DNA of 64,000 nucleotides from Nitrosopumilaceae archaeon (GCA_965207375.1 OZ242274.1:1568001-1632000), one strand, 5' to 3'. Counted from the first letter of the stretch, positions 1-10,330 are shown. Translations and numbers: made by a program. The notes: a model not told the origin generated them from the sequence alone.

Positions 1-1
1 A

Positions 2-205
2 AAAGTCGTCTTTTCAATTACTGATAATTCTGTATATTACCAGCAAAACATGGCAGTTTTAGACGGAATAACAGTAGTCATGAAAAAACGCGGTAAATCA
101 AATATTGCAGATGTAAAAGCACAAAGCACAGAAACTAGATGGCAAAAATCCCCCACCTGGGAGGCCACCACAGTATCACAGGTATTGGAGATGGGATTAG
201 AATGA
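2..205 (+). CDS. 3' part of a gene truncated by the window edge, probably a DUF432-family protein
   Basis: Open frame KVVFSITDNSVYY...VLEMGLE* ends at TGA 203-205, overlapping the ATG of mscS (ATGA). DUF432 genes commonly neighbour mscS in archaea. Confidence 0.5.
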   Translation, partial: KVVFSITDNSVYYQQNMAVLDGITVVMKKRGKSNIADVKAQSTETRWQKSPTWEATTVSQVLEMGLE

Positions 206-1029
206 TTGTAGAATTTTTGCAGACTTTAGATGATTCACAAATTGTTGGCGGATTGACGTTGCTTTCCTTGCTTGTAGGTGCAATAATTATGATATCGGGT
301 GTAATTACTGCCCGAATTGCACGAATGATTTTTACAAAATATTATGCAGCAGGCCTGCCAGTTGATACCTCAAAAAACTTTGGCAAGCTGATTTATTTTG
401 GCATAATTATAATCTCGTTTTTGATATTTACAACAAGCCAGGGACTTGATCTTTCCGGCCTGATAGTTGCAGGGGGAATATTTGCAGTAGTTATAGGATT
501 TGCCACACAGTCTGTTGTATCTAATTTAATATCTGGTGCATTTTTGATGGTTGAAAAGCCTGCAAGACAGGGAGACACAATAGAGATACCTGATATTGGC
601 GTCTCTGGAGTATTGCTTGACATTAACACATTTTCTAGCAGAATTAGAAAATTTGACGGTACCGTAATCCGAGTTCCAAACGAGAAATTTTTTACATCCC
701 ATATTCGCACGCTTACCTCATCTCCTGTACGCAGAGCAAAGGCCACAGTCGGAATATCCTACGAGTCTGACATTGAGCAGGCAATTTCTGTAATTAAAAA
801 AGAGATTGCAAGAGTCATGCCGTTTGTTTTACAGTCTCCAGAACCCGAATTTCGCATTGAGGAGTTGGGTGACTCTAGTGTCAATATCGTGATTTTTGTT
901 TGGCATCCAAAGGAGGACTGGGGTCAGGTCCAGCCGTATCTGTTAAAGGTCATAAAACATGCCCTAGATGCAGCCAAAATCGAAATTCCATTTCCTCAAA
1001 GAGTCATCTGGAGGGGTGAGAATTTGTAA
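202..1029 (+). CDS. mscS: Small-conductance mechanosensitive channel (MscS family)
   Basis: Three TM segments, GFATQSVVSNLISG, VPNEKF and IEIPFPQR motifs. Start moved to ATG 202 because of the ATGA overlap. Confidence 0.9.
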   Translation: MIVEFLQTLDDSQIVGGLTLLSLLVGAIIMISGVITARIARMIFTKYYAAGLPVDTSKNFGKLIYFGIIIISFLIFTTSQGLDLSGLIVAGGIFAVVIGFATQSVVSNLISGAFLMVEKPARQGDTIEIPDIGVSGVLLDINTFSSRIRKFDGTVIRVPNEKFFTSHIRTLTSSPVRRAKATVGISYESDIEQAISVIKKEIARVMPFVLQSPEPEFRIEELGDSSVNIVIFVWHPKEDWGQVQPYLLKVIKHALDAAKIEIPFPQRVIWRGENL

Positions 1030-1030
1030 T

Positions 1031-1879
1031 CTAGTTCTTTAGTGTTTTTTTGATATTTTTTAAAATCTTATCTAGTGGCTCATTTTTGATAATCGGACAG
1101 TCAAACTTTGAATCATTATTTTCAATTGCCTGTCCTCCTACAAATATAGGCACCTTGTGGCTTTGTAGGATTTTTTTTACCAGTCGTTTGCATGTTTTGA
1201 TGCTATCCTCAAGTGTTATTGAAATCAGTATGATATCTGGCTCTATTGTTTTTACAGATTCAAGTATGGCCTCAGATGGTGCAGACGGAGACATGTTAAA
1301 GACACTATAGCCCTTGCTTTGTAAAAATGACTGCAAAACATTGCATCCTAGATTGTGCTCCTCCCCATTTGGAGAGCATATAATTATCTTTGCCCTGCCG
1401 TCTAGTTTTGATTTTTTTTCATTGATTATACTTACTAGATTAGAGGCAGTATTGCTTGCAATGTGTTCTTGACCAATGCTTAGTTTTTTCAGATCCCACA
1501 TCTTTCCGATTTCGTACAGTGTAGGCTTTAAGATATCTTCGTAAAAACTAGCAAGGTTTGATGTCTGCTCGTGTGTATCATAGATCTCTACAGATTTATC
1601 AATGTCCCCTGTTATGAGTGCCTCAAACATTTGATTTTGAATTTTTTGCACATGTTTTTTATTACCTGCAATATTTTTTCCCATATTCGTTGCAAGAAAT
1701 GCCTCTATCTTTGGAAGTAAACGGTACTCTTGTGGTATGTCATCAATTTTTACTTGTGATGCCTTGCCAAGATATTTTATTATACTCTGCTTTGATGTAC
1801 TTTTTTTTGAATCCCATACGCTTTTTACCAGATAAAGATACGCATCACCCTTGACTAGTTTTGTGCGTATATACACCAT
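1031..1879 (-). CDS. Cobalamin-binding protein (CarH-like Wx9EH bundle plus B12 Rossmann domain) with a basic beta-rich N-terminal domain
   Basis: WDLKKLSIGQEH (Wx9EH), EEHNLG (ExHxxG), SIT and VGG motifs. Confidence 0.8.
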   Translation of the reverse strand: MVYIRTKLVKGDAYLYLVKSVWDSKKSTSKQSIIKYLGKASQVKIDDIPQEYRLLPKIEAFLATNMGKNIAGNKKHVQKIQNQMFEALITGDIDKSVEIYDTHEQTSNLASFYEDILKPTLYEIGKMWDLKKLSIGQEHIASNTASNLVSIINEKKSKLDGRAKIIICSPNGEEHNLGCNVLQSFLQSKGYSVFNMSPSAPSEAILESVKTIEPDIILISITLEDSIKTCKRLVKKILQSHKVPIFVGGQAIENNDSKFDCPIIKNEPLDKILKNIKKTLKN

Positions 1880-2058
1880 TATTTTTTCCCCCGTGGTTTT
1901 GTTCTAAGAACTGCCTTGCAACATGGGCATCTAGACCCTGTTATATTATAAAATATACAGCAAAAGGTGCATCTCTTATGACCGCTTTGATACCTCATGT
2001 AGTTTGGCAGTGAATCTGCCTTTAACATTTGACATATTCCTTTACAGGTTCTTGCCAA
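1879..2058 (-). CDS. Cys-rich Zn-finger microprotein (59 aa), absent from the ORF track
   Basis: TTG start after GGAGG. Translation MARTCKGICQ...KRCTFCC...RCPCCKAVLRTKPRGKK*. TAATG overlap with the downstream gene. Resembles a small thaumarchaeal CxxxC/CxxC/CPCC family. Confidence 0.75.
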   Translation of the reverse strand: MARTCKGICQMLKADSLPNYMRYQSGHKRCTFCCIFYNITGSRCPCCKAVLRTKPRGKK

Positions 2059-2112
2059 AAAATCCCTCCATTTTTTGTTGTACCATATCTTTTTTCACCA
2101 TAAAAAAAAGGA

Positions 2113-3000
2113 TTATTCCAAGTTTAAGGGAATCTGTGTGCTCCCCCAATCCTCAGATATCCTAAAGGAATACTCTTTTGCAGAGTCATAAACAAACTGT
2201 GTTCCACCATACCCGATATTGGGGCCAAAGAGCATGTTGAATTCTTTGGCAGCATTTGGTTTTAGTACTATTTGTCCATTAGTAAAGTCCATTCCTGAAT
2301 ATTTGAATACAGTGTCTCCATTCCAAACATCATAGTTGCATATCTGCGGACTAGTACACTGCAACGATATGTTTTCTGAGCTGGTATTTTCTGCAAGCAT
2401 CCTAATTGTCAGGATGGCCTGTCCTGTAGGGCTGATTTCAAACTCGTTTCCTTTAGAGCCTAATCCATTCCAATAGAAATTCACAGGGCCTACCTCGATT
2501 AATTTGGCGTTTTCTTTGTAATTGTGCACATTTATTGCATGTTTGGCTGTTTTTTCACAGTCTGATCTTTTACCTGCCTTTGCAATATCCTGGCATGCGT
2601 CTAGCTGCGCCTGTAAAGAGTTTAAACTGTCAGAATCAATGCCTTGTATATCAGCAGGCGGTTCTGGGCCTGCAATGGTAATAATTCCCACCCTTACAAG
2701 ATACTGGATTGCATTTAAAAAATCATCATCTGAAATTTGTCCCTGTGCCCACCAACTAGCAGTGTTTTTTATCCAGTCAGGAATTGCTTCAGAGGTTTGC
2801 TGTGTCATCTGGGTAGATGGCACATTTATGATATCTTGGGCAACCAAATACTGGATGCCTTGCACAAACACGTCATCTGAAATTTGTCCCTGTGCCCACA
2901 AGTCTGCATTATTTTTTATCCATGATGGTACTTCTGCACTTGCAGATTGAGCAATAGGCAATATTGCAAGTATTGCTACAAGTGTAATCCATGTCTTCAT
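2113..3000 (-). CDS. Secreted protein with two thaumarchaeal 'IPxWIKNxAxWW' repeats
   Basis: Signal peptide and duplicated PxWIKN..WAQGQISDDxF motif, also duplicated at DNA level. Confidence 0.75.
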   Translation of the reverse strand: MKTWITLVAILAILPIAQSASAEVPSWIKNNADLWAQGQISDDVFVQGIQYLVAQDIINVPSTQMTQQTSEAIPDWIKNTASWWAQGQISDDDFLNAIQYLVRVGIITIAGPEPPADIQGIDSDSLNSLQAQLDACQDIAKAGKRSDCEKTAKHAINVHNYKENAKLIEVGPVNFYWNGLGSKGNEFEISPTGQAILTIRMLAENTSSENISLQCTSPQICNYDVWNGDTVFKYSGMDFTNGQIVLKPNAAKEFNMLFGPNIGYGGTQFVYDSAKEYSFRISEDWGSTQIPLNLE

Positions 3001-3027
3001 TAAAATTATACTGTCACAATCTTATTT

Positions 3028-3059
3028 AAACTAGTGCCAAAATAACAAACTAGTGCCAA
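3028..3059. promoter_or_regulatory. 13-bp direct repeat AAACTAGTGCCAA x2, candidate operator
   Basis: Exact copies at 3028-3040 and 3047-3059, just upstream of the TATA-like box of the 2113..3000 gene. Confidence 0.35.
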
Positions 3060-3070
3060 TTTATGCTAAT

Positions 3071-4450
3071 TTATAGTCCTGATATCTTTTCCCTTTTGAC
3101 CCACAAGCTGCCTGTTGTGTGATCTAGTATCTCCACGTTTAGATCCGAAATTTGCTGCCTGATTTTATCTGCCTGCTCGTATTGTTTGCATTGGCGTAAT
3201 AGTTTTCGTTTTTCAATTAAATCATTTATTGATTTTATTTCCTCATCTGTAATTTTTGCAATGTATAGTCCTAGTACCTCCATAAAATATTCTAGTTTTG
3301 GCATTAGTATATGTGCCATCTCAGGGCCAAGCATATCCGCTGATGCCATTTGATTTATCTCCTTTACTAGTCTAAAAAATACTGATAATGCCTCATGAGT
3401 GTTAAAATCATTTTCTAGTGCTGCATCAAAGGCTTTTTCGTGCTGTATTTGTGTTTTTAATAGAGATGTTTTTCTTTTTGCATGGACTAGTTCAAAGTAT
3501 GCAGTTTCAAGCTGTCTCCATTTGGTTAGATTTTCTTGGAGCAGATCCTCAGAATAATCAATTGGTTTTGAATAGTGTCCAGATAGACAAAATAATCTTA
3601 TCACATTTGGGCCCCATCCGTTTAAGACGTGTCTTACTGACTTTACATTGCCAGTTGATTTTGACATTTTTTCACCATTTATGGTAACCATGCCAACATG
3701 CATCCACGTTTTTGCAAATTGCTTGCCTGTACAGGCCTCAGATTGTGCAATCTCATTTTCATGGTGTGGAAATATCAGGTCCCTTCCACCCCCATGAATA
3801 TCAAAATCACTTCCAAGATACTTTAGACTCATAGCAGAGCATTCAATGTGCCATCCGGGACGGCCTAGACCCCAAGGACTAGGCCAATTAGGTTTTTCAT
3901 CAGATAATTTCCACAGTGCAAAGTCTAATGGACAGTCTTTGTCCTGATCAATTTCGATTCTTGCACCTGACTGTAGCTCATCTATTTTCTTTTTGGACAG
4001 CTTGCCATATTTTGGAAATTTAGAAACTGCAAAATAGACGCCGTGTTTGTTTGTATATGCTGTGCCTTTTTGAATTAGCTTATCAATTAGTACAATGATG
4101 TCTGGGATGTGTTGTGTGGCTTGAGGATACATGGTGGCCCTTTTGATGTGCAATGCATCAAAATCACGATAATAGTGGTCAATGAATTTACTGCTTATGT
4201 GTAGGGCCGAGCTTTTCTCATCAGCTGCTCTGCCAATTATTTTGTCATCTACATCTGTAAAATTTTGAATTAAAACCACATTGTGACCCTTTTTTTCCAA
4301 ATACCTACGTAAGACATCAAATACAATTATGGTACGTGCATGTCCGATGTGCGAGTCGTCATATACTGTGACTCCGCACAGATAGATTTTAATCTCCTTT
4401 TCAAGATGCAGGTCGTTTTTGTGCAGTGTAAGTGTGTCTAAAATCTTCAT
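3071..4450 (-). CDS. cysS: Cysteine--tRNA ligase
   Basis: CGVTVYD, HIGH, GRPGWHIEC and KMSKS motifs. Confidence 0.97.
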   Translation of the reverse strand: MKILDTLTLHKNDLHLEKEIKIYLCGVTVYDDSHIGHARTIIVFDVLRRYLEKKGHNVVLIQNFTDVDDKIIGRAADEKSSALHISSKFIDHYYRDFDALHIKRATMYPQATQHIPDIIVLIDKLIQKGTAYTNKHGVYFAVSKFPKYGKLSKKKIDELQSGARIEIDQDKDCPLDFALWKLSDEKPNWPSPWGLGRPGWHIECSAMSLKYLGSDFDIHGGGRDLIFPHHENEIAQSEACTGKQFAKTWMHVGMVTINGEKMSKSTGNVKSVRHVLNGWGPNVIRLFCLSGHYSKPIDYSEDLLQENLTKWRQLETAYFELVHAKRKTSLLKTQIQHEKAFDAALENDFNTHEALSVFFRLVKEINQMASADMLGPEMAHILMPKLEYFMEVLGLYIAKITDEEIKSINDLIEKRKLLRQCKQYEQADKIRQQISDLNVEILDHTTGSLWVKREKISGL

Positions 4451-5241
4451 TTTATGTCAGGTGCCTTTGTTGCTAGTTCTCTTTTATGTTTGCTATTTTG
4501 ATGCATTTGATAAATTTTTTTGATTTTTTCTGTAGGTATGTTGAGTGTTTTTTGTGCATCTTTGATACTTTGTTTGTGATGTGTCATACAGTACAGTATG
4601 GAGTCAATCTCTTGATAGGTTGCGCCGATTTCACCTTCTGCATCATGGCCTGGCCACAGATTTGGACTGCTTTTTTTCTCTATGATACTTTGCGGTATTT
4701 CCAAGTACTGTGCTAGTTTTCTAATTTGAGTTTTGTATAAAGAGACTAGCGGTAGTGTATCTGCTGCACCGTCTCCATACTTTGTAAAATATCCTATCAG
4801 ATATTCGCTTTTGTCACTAGAGCCTAGCACCAGATAATTTTTCAGATTTGCATAATAATACAAGATATTGCTTCGTATTCGAGCTCTAAGATTTCCTGCA
4901 CTTTTTTGATCAGGTTCTAGGATTTTTGTAAACTCGTTTACTAGTAGATTAATATCTAGCAGTTTGTAGTCTAGTCCCAATTTGTTAATTAATTCTAGTG
5001 CATCTTCGGTCTCTTGCTTTGGTGAAATTTTGCCGTCTGGCATTATTAGCACCAAGGTATTTTTTGGGAATGCATTTTTGGCCAAAACCGCAAGTACTGC
5101 AGAATCTATACCTCCACTAAGACCCAAAATAACGCCTTGTCTGTTTGTAACAGTTACCTGATTTTTGATAAAGCATTCTAAGTCTTTTGAGATTTGGGGA
5201 TAATCTTTGATAGTTAATTCATCTAGTATGTCTTGAATCAA
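4447..5241 (-). CDS. nadE: NH3-dependent NAD+ synthetase
   Basis: GLSGGIDS, GNLRARIR and GYFTKYGDG motifs. Confidence 0.96.
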   Translation of the reverse strand: MIQDILDELTIKDYPQISKDLECFIKNQVTVTNRQGVILGLSGGIDSAVLAVLAKNAFPKNTLVLIMPDGKISPKQETEDALELINKLGLDYKLLDINLLVNEFTKILEPDQKSAGNLRARIRSNILYYYANLKNYLVLGSSDKSEYLIGYFTKYGDGAADTLPLVSLYKTQIRKLAQYLEIPQSIIEKKSSPNLWPGHDAEGEIGATYQEIDSILYCMTHHKQSIKDAQKTLNIPTEKIKKIYQMHQNSKHKRELATKAPDIK

Positions 5242-5726
5242 TACAGAGCTTGATGTGGTAAAGAATATAATTTTATATGTTAATTTAGGATAATTGCAAT
5301 TTCTTAATTTAATTTTATAATATCATTGTAATTTTGATTCTTCAGCGTTATCTGTTCGAGTTTTAGATTCTTTATTCCTATCTGTAGAGTTTTTTTGTAA
5401 CCTGTCAATGTATGGTTTGGCTATTTGACCTCATTTAGATCATACTGCCAAAAATTTGATCGTAAATGGTCAAAATCTAGGCATGACGTTAACACTTACG
5501 AGTTGTTTCTTGTAGTCTTTATGGTGCCAAGTTGTGAACTCTGTGTCTTTTCCAATCTTGTCAGTTTTTGAGTTAATTTACAAAATTAAATCCAAATCGT
5601 ACCCGTATAAGACAGTTTCAGAACATCTGGCACATATGACAAAACATCTCTAATGGTGTACTAGATCACATGAATTCATATTCTAATTTCAGCATTTAGA
5701 ATATTTGATCTAAATCGGAGAGATCA

Positions 5727-6230
5727 TCAAATCAGATAAAGACTGATTGCCTGTTTTATTAAAGCGTACTCTGTATCTGACTTTGCAAGATATTTGATTT
5801 CGTCCCAGTTAATCTGTGTGCCACAGCGAACAGCTAATCTTTACAAGTCTTCAATGTCTTGATCGCGCCCTGCTCTAAACTTTGTGACAATCAATCCCTC
5901 CAAAGATATGGTATTGATAGTGGTTCCTTTCTTGTCTATGGGTATTGATGTTGCAGTCCTTAGAATGTAATCAAGCGGAATTCCATTTAGATTTCGCTCA
6001 TGATACACGTCAATTTTGTAATTTCTTGACGTAAATATTTTGTTTTGTTGCTGGTTTATTTTGTACCCCTTATTCAAAAACTCATCAATTGTAATTTGTT
6101 TGGCAACAACAAAATCCAAATCCCATGATTGTCGTGGCTCGCCTGCGTGTAGCATAACTGCAGTTGCTCCTATAAAGGTGACATTTTCAAAGTCCTGAGA
6201 AATGCGCACTGCTCTAATGAACTGCATCAT
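5727..6230 (-). pseudogene. Nucleotidyltransferase (AbiEii/DUF6036-like) with an internal stop
   Basis: FIGATAV..RQSWDLD and K..AGRDQD motifs. The TAA at 5841-5843 is followed by 37 more in-frame codons (RLAVRCGTQINWDEIKYLA...) to TGA at 5727. Confidence 0.7.
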
Positions 6231-6900
6231 TTGGCAAGTCCTCTTGAACTTTTAGTATGGTATCCACGGTAAATCTGACTTTAGTTTTTATCATGTTTTT
6301 ATGGGTCAACATGATTGCAGTAGCATCCAGAAAGCTTCGTCCACCATTTGCCACACAGTCAAGAAAGATCCTCTCGATTGGATCTTTAAAAGAGCCAATC
6401 TTTGGTAGCAATACAACCTTGCCCCTCTTTCCTTCTCTGAATCCACAACTCTTCAAAAATTTGGAGATTTTTTCCACATCATCAACATAAACATGCAAAT
6501 CAAGTGGAGTCTGAAACTTTGTCAGTTCATATGCTTTGTGATCAAGTGTTATGATGGAGCCTTTTGGGAGATGTTTTTTCATAAAGTTGATATCAGTTGC
6601 TTTGTAATGCCGTCCAAATCTTCTGGCCTTTATGAGTGCCATTAGGGAGGGGAATATATTTTGTAAAACAGCGTATGGTTGGGAAATCACCTCCTTTTTT
6701 ATTGTAAATTTTCCCCGATTGTAATCTACCAACCCTATCTCTTCTAGATGAACCAGTCTTCTTTTGATGGTTCTAGTAGATAGATTTACTAGCTTTTCCA
6801 AATTCCTAATATTGTAGATAGGACTAGGGGGCAGCTCCTGTGCAAATACTATTGCATCTCTTATTTTTTTAAGCGTCATCGTGGATTCATGTGTATTCAT
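6214..6900 (-). CDS. wHTH-containing putative antitoxin (AbiEi-like partner)
   Basis: N-terminal HTH (IRNLEKLVNLSTRTIKRRLVHLEEIGLV). Overlaps the NTase gene. Confidence 0.6.
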   Translation of the reverse strand: MNTHESTMTLKKIRDAIVFAQELPPSPIYNIRNLEKLVNLSTRTIKRRLVHLEEIGLVDYNRGKFTIKKEVISQPYAVLQNIFPSLMALIKARRFGRHYKATDINFMKKHLPKGSIITLDHKAYELTKFQTPLDLHVYVDDVEKISKFLKSCGFREGKRGKVVLLPKIGSFKDPIERIFLDCVANGGRSFLDATAIMLTHKNMIKTKVRFTVDTILKVQEDLPNDAVH

Positions 6901-7060
6901 ATGGTTGCTAATGTGTGCAATGTATTTATAGTTTGGACAAATTTATCTATTTTTATATAAGTTTACACATATAAACAATAGTTCTGATTGTGACCCTGAA
7001 CAGACATCATCCAGATTCAGCGCAGGCTGCATAATCTAGACAGATGCTATATGAAAAATT

Positions 7061-7367
7061 TTCACCTACGGATACGTACTGAGTATATTGGATCTGAGGG
7101 CTGGTAACACAATACCTCGTATGAAGGTGATAGACAAAATAGCCTACAGTAAGCGGACAGCAAAATACCACGTTTTTGATGATACGATGAATGGGAGTAT
7201 TCCGCAAGATCAGGTCCACAAATTTTGATCAAAAAGGAGGTGATGATATCACTACAATGGATAAGGGTCAGGCAATAATTCGTGCAGATTCTAACAGAAT
7301 AAAAATGAAGGTTCGTCCTACACCAGAACAGATGAAGCTCTTTGATGCTTCTGCTGGTGCAGAATAA
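7061..7367 (+). pseudogene. Frameshifted relic resembling the C-terminus of a VirB4/TraC-like ATPase
   Basis: Fragments FTYGYVLSILDLR...MKVIDK and ITTMDKGQAIIRADSNRIKMKVRPTPEQMKLFD; recognised by pattern only. Confidence 0.3.
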
Positions 7368-7525
7368 TTTAAAAATAATAAAGTTCTATTGGTTACTGTG
7401 GGTTTTGAATCCACAATGTTCCTTGAGAACAATCGCCTTTCTGAGGATGTCGCCTTGGTGACATTTTGTAATTCAATGATATCTCAACTTGAGATCATCT
7501 AACACTTAAAAGAACAAAAAATGAA

Positions 7526-8381
7526 ATGGAATCATTGTCAAAGCAGATATTCAATACACAACACAAAAATAATTTAGATATTATCGAGCAAAAGTTAGGT
7601 AAACCATACTATAGAGATGATACAGTATTGTTGTACAACATGGATTGTATAGATCTTTTAAGCAAGATTAATTCTAAATGTTTTGATTTAACTATAACTT
7701 CACCACCATACAATATTGGAAAAGAATACGAAATAATTCAAAAACATGATGATTACTTGCAATAGTGCACAAAATGGCTTGATCTGATTTTTAATGTAAC
7801 TAATGATAACGGTGCGTTTTGGCTCAACCTTGGATATTTTGAATTGCCATCTAAAGGTAAGGCGATCCCAATAAATTATCTATTATGGGATAAAACAAAA
7901 TTTTATTTTATGCAAGAAATTGTATGGTATTATAAAGCAGGCGTGGCTACAAAAAAATATTTTTCACCAAGAAATGAAAAATATTTGTGGTATGTTAAAA
8001 ATTCCCAGAAATACATATTTAATTTAGATGATGTGCGTGATCCAAATGTAAAATATCCCAACCAGAAAAAAAAATGGAAGGTTAAAGTGTAATCCAAATG
8101 GAAAAAACCCTACAAACGTTTGGGAAATACCCAAAGTCACATCTGGTAAAAACCGGTCTTCAAAAGAACGAATTAATCACACTGCTCAATTTCCACTAGA
8201 TGTGATAGACAGAATAGTAAAATCATGCAGTAATGCCAACGATTTGATATTTGATCCTTTTATTGGCTCTGGAAGTACAGCCGTATCTGCATTAATGAAT
8301 AATCGATTAGCATTGGGTTGTGACATAAATACAGAGTATTTAGATATAGCAATTAATAGAATAAAATCAATTAATTGTTAA
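7526..8381 (+). pseudogene. M.ScaI-like N4-cytosine DNA methyltransferase (beta class), inactivated
   Basis: TSPPYNIGKEY, FSPRNEK, RDPNVKYPNQKK, KCNPNGKNP, PKVTSG and DPFIGSG motifs. In-frame TAG at 7763-7765 and a frameshift in the poly-A at about 8066-8074. Confidence 0.85.
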
Positions 8382-8565
8382 CATCTTGTATTTTGCAGCA
8401 TTTGGAGCCAATCTTGACTGTTGACCTGATTGTGCTTTTTGTCCTATCCAATCATTATGGTCCAACCAACCTAATCGTATCAGTTTAATTTTTGGGTGTG
8501 TATTATTTACACTAAACTTTTCAAAATTAATTGCAAGATAATAGCCTGATTTCCCTTTTTGAATC
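8367..8565 (-). pseudogene. C-terminal remnant of a ScaI-family restriction endonuclease
   Basis: KGKSGYYLAINFEKF...IRLGWLDHNDWIGQKAQSGQQSRL, convergent with the MTase; the 5' part is missing. Confidence 0.7.
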
Positions 8566-8618
8566 CAAAACAGTAGACCAAAACATATTCATCCCTTTTG
8601 ACCATCACTGTGAAATAT

Positions 8619-9230
8619 CTAACTGACAAACTCTGTAATTTTTTGATCAATGCATGTGGATGTGTGATTTTCAAGCCGGTCTATCTTTTCCTCCTCGACT
8701 TGGGTGAATCTGTCTGTTGTTTGTACAGAGTCGATCTCCTGCATGATGTGGTCTGCTCTTGCAATGACTAGTATCAGTGGATACTTGTTGGACACATCAC
8801 CGCACTGTTGCAGTATCTCTTCCATGATTTGGATTGACAGTTCATGCCTTGTCTTTTCATCTATCCAATGATCAAAGGTTTTTTGATTTACACAGTGTGC
8901 TATATCAGAAAGGATCTGTGTCATCTTGGCATCCTGCGTATGGGTCAATGGAAATTCTTCCATGTCTGTATTCCATAGTTTGAGATCCGACTCTATGTTC
9001 TCTTTTAACTCTTGTAGTTCGCTCTTGCGGTCGATCAGTTCGCATATGTTCAGATTAGTAGACCACAGTGAAACTGCTGTCTCCTGCATGGTTCTTGTGT
9101 CTTGTTCAACGGTTGATTCTATTGGGGTTACGATTTCAAATGTATCTCCAAAATCTATAACCTGAAATAATATTATGAGACTAGATGCAAATGTACCAAG
9201 GACAAGTATTGTGAGTATGTTAGGCGACAT
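8619..9230 (-). CDS. Membrane-anchored or secreted hypothetical protein with a duplicated Cys-paired helical unit
   Basis: N-terminal hydrophobic segment and two units ending in CVNQK and CIDQK. Confidence 0.6.
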   Translation of the reverse strand: MSPNILTILVLGTFASSLIILFQVIDFGDTFEIVTPIESTVEQDTRTMQETAVSLWSTNLNICELIDRKSELQELKENIESDLKLWNTDMEEFPLTHTQDAKMTQILSDIAHCVNQKTFDHWIDEKTRHELSIQIMEEILQQCGDVSNKYPLILVIARADHIMQEIDSVQTTDRFTQVEEEKIDRLENHTSTCIDQKITEFVS

Positions 9231-9648
9231 GATTTTATTTATTTTAGACTCTTTTGTATTTTGTTATTCTATGTAAGACACCTAAATACCCTTTGTCCAA
9301 ATCTCTTGTAAATCAGATATCTATTGAACCACAAAAAGACGTAACATTCCACTTTCTAAAGTTCCTCATATAGTCAGACAGTAAAACATAAAGATCATTA
9401 CTATAAGCATAAAATTATGATGTCAGGATTTGATCTTGAAGAAATTAAAAGAATTCCAATGTCAACAAACTTTTCGAGGTTTTTACTGAAAAATTAGATC
9501 AAGTACAAATTTCTTGACAAGCAAATCTGAGGCATATAACTAGGCTGAAGCTTCAAAAAGCGAAACAATTACGAGTGGGGTGAACTACTTTTGGGATCCT
9601 ACATCTGAATTAGCAAGACGCCACATATCTCAATATTTTAAAATTGCA

Positions 9649-10323
9649 TCATATTGTAATTTTTATTGTGACTTTGGAGTCATTAGATAACTTTGCATTT
9701 TGTCTGATGTTGTACTTTGAAATTAATTCAATGACTGATGATTCGTGATGTGTCCTCTCTAAACGTACAAGTTGACAAGATACAGAATTGATTTTTCCAT
9801 TAAAGCATTTTACCCATCCGTAGGTTCTTTTCCCGTCAGAAAATCCATTTATTTTTATTCCATCTAGGGCATCAAACTGTTTTATAATTTCGACATATTC
9901 TTTTTGCTCCAATTTTACATTCAAGGTGCCAGGAAAGGGAACATATCCTATTTTGGATTTGAATTGTTTGGTGTATCCTTTCAAGGACATGTAATAGGCA
10001 CCCTCGCCCATACCAGACACTAGTTTTCCCTTAAGAATAATTTGAGATGGCAAAGAGTCGATACTGGCTCCCAAAATTTGCCGTAATTTTATCATCTCAT
10101 CATATCCTCTAGATGTGATTCGCACAGAATAGTTTTTACCAGTTGAGATTCTTTCAATGAATCCATTTTTTTCAAGTTCAAGTAGGTGTTTGGAGGCTGC
10201 TTGCTGTGATTTTGAGATTGCCTTGCCAAGCTGGGTGGTAGTTACTGTGACAAAATTATGTTTTGCACCCTTGGAAAGTAGATGCGCAAGGGTTAGTATG
10301 TGTTGGACTTTAACCTCGGCCAT
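9649..10323 (-). CDS. ribK: CTP-dependent riboflavin kinase with N-terminal wHTH (RbkR type)
   Basis: SQQAASKHL HTH, GKLVSGMGEG and PFPGTLN motifs. Confidence 0.93.
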   Translation of the reverse strand: MAEVKVQHILTLAHLLSKGAKHNFVTVTTTQLGKAISKSQQAASKHLLELEKNGFIERISTGKNYSVRITSRGYDEMIKLRQILGASIDSLPSQIILKGKLVSGMGEGAYYMSLKGYTKQFKSKIGYVPFPGTLNVKLEQKEYVEIIKQFDALDGIKINGFSDGKRTYGWVKCFNGKINSVSCQLVRLERTHHESSVIELISKYNIRQNAKLSNDSKVTIKITI

Positions 10324-10330
10324 TAAAGTT

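Noticed and set aside
139-201. Longer mscS start at 139
   Set aside because: It overlaps the upstream gene; the ATGA coupling at 202-205 is more plausible.
7763-7765. TAG at conserved Trp positions (MTase and HEPN) as evidence of stop-codon recoding
   Set aside because: Core genes such as psmA and ilvA end normally at TAG, and the same pseudogenes carry TAA stops or frameshifts. Simple TGG>TAG transitions explain it.
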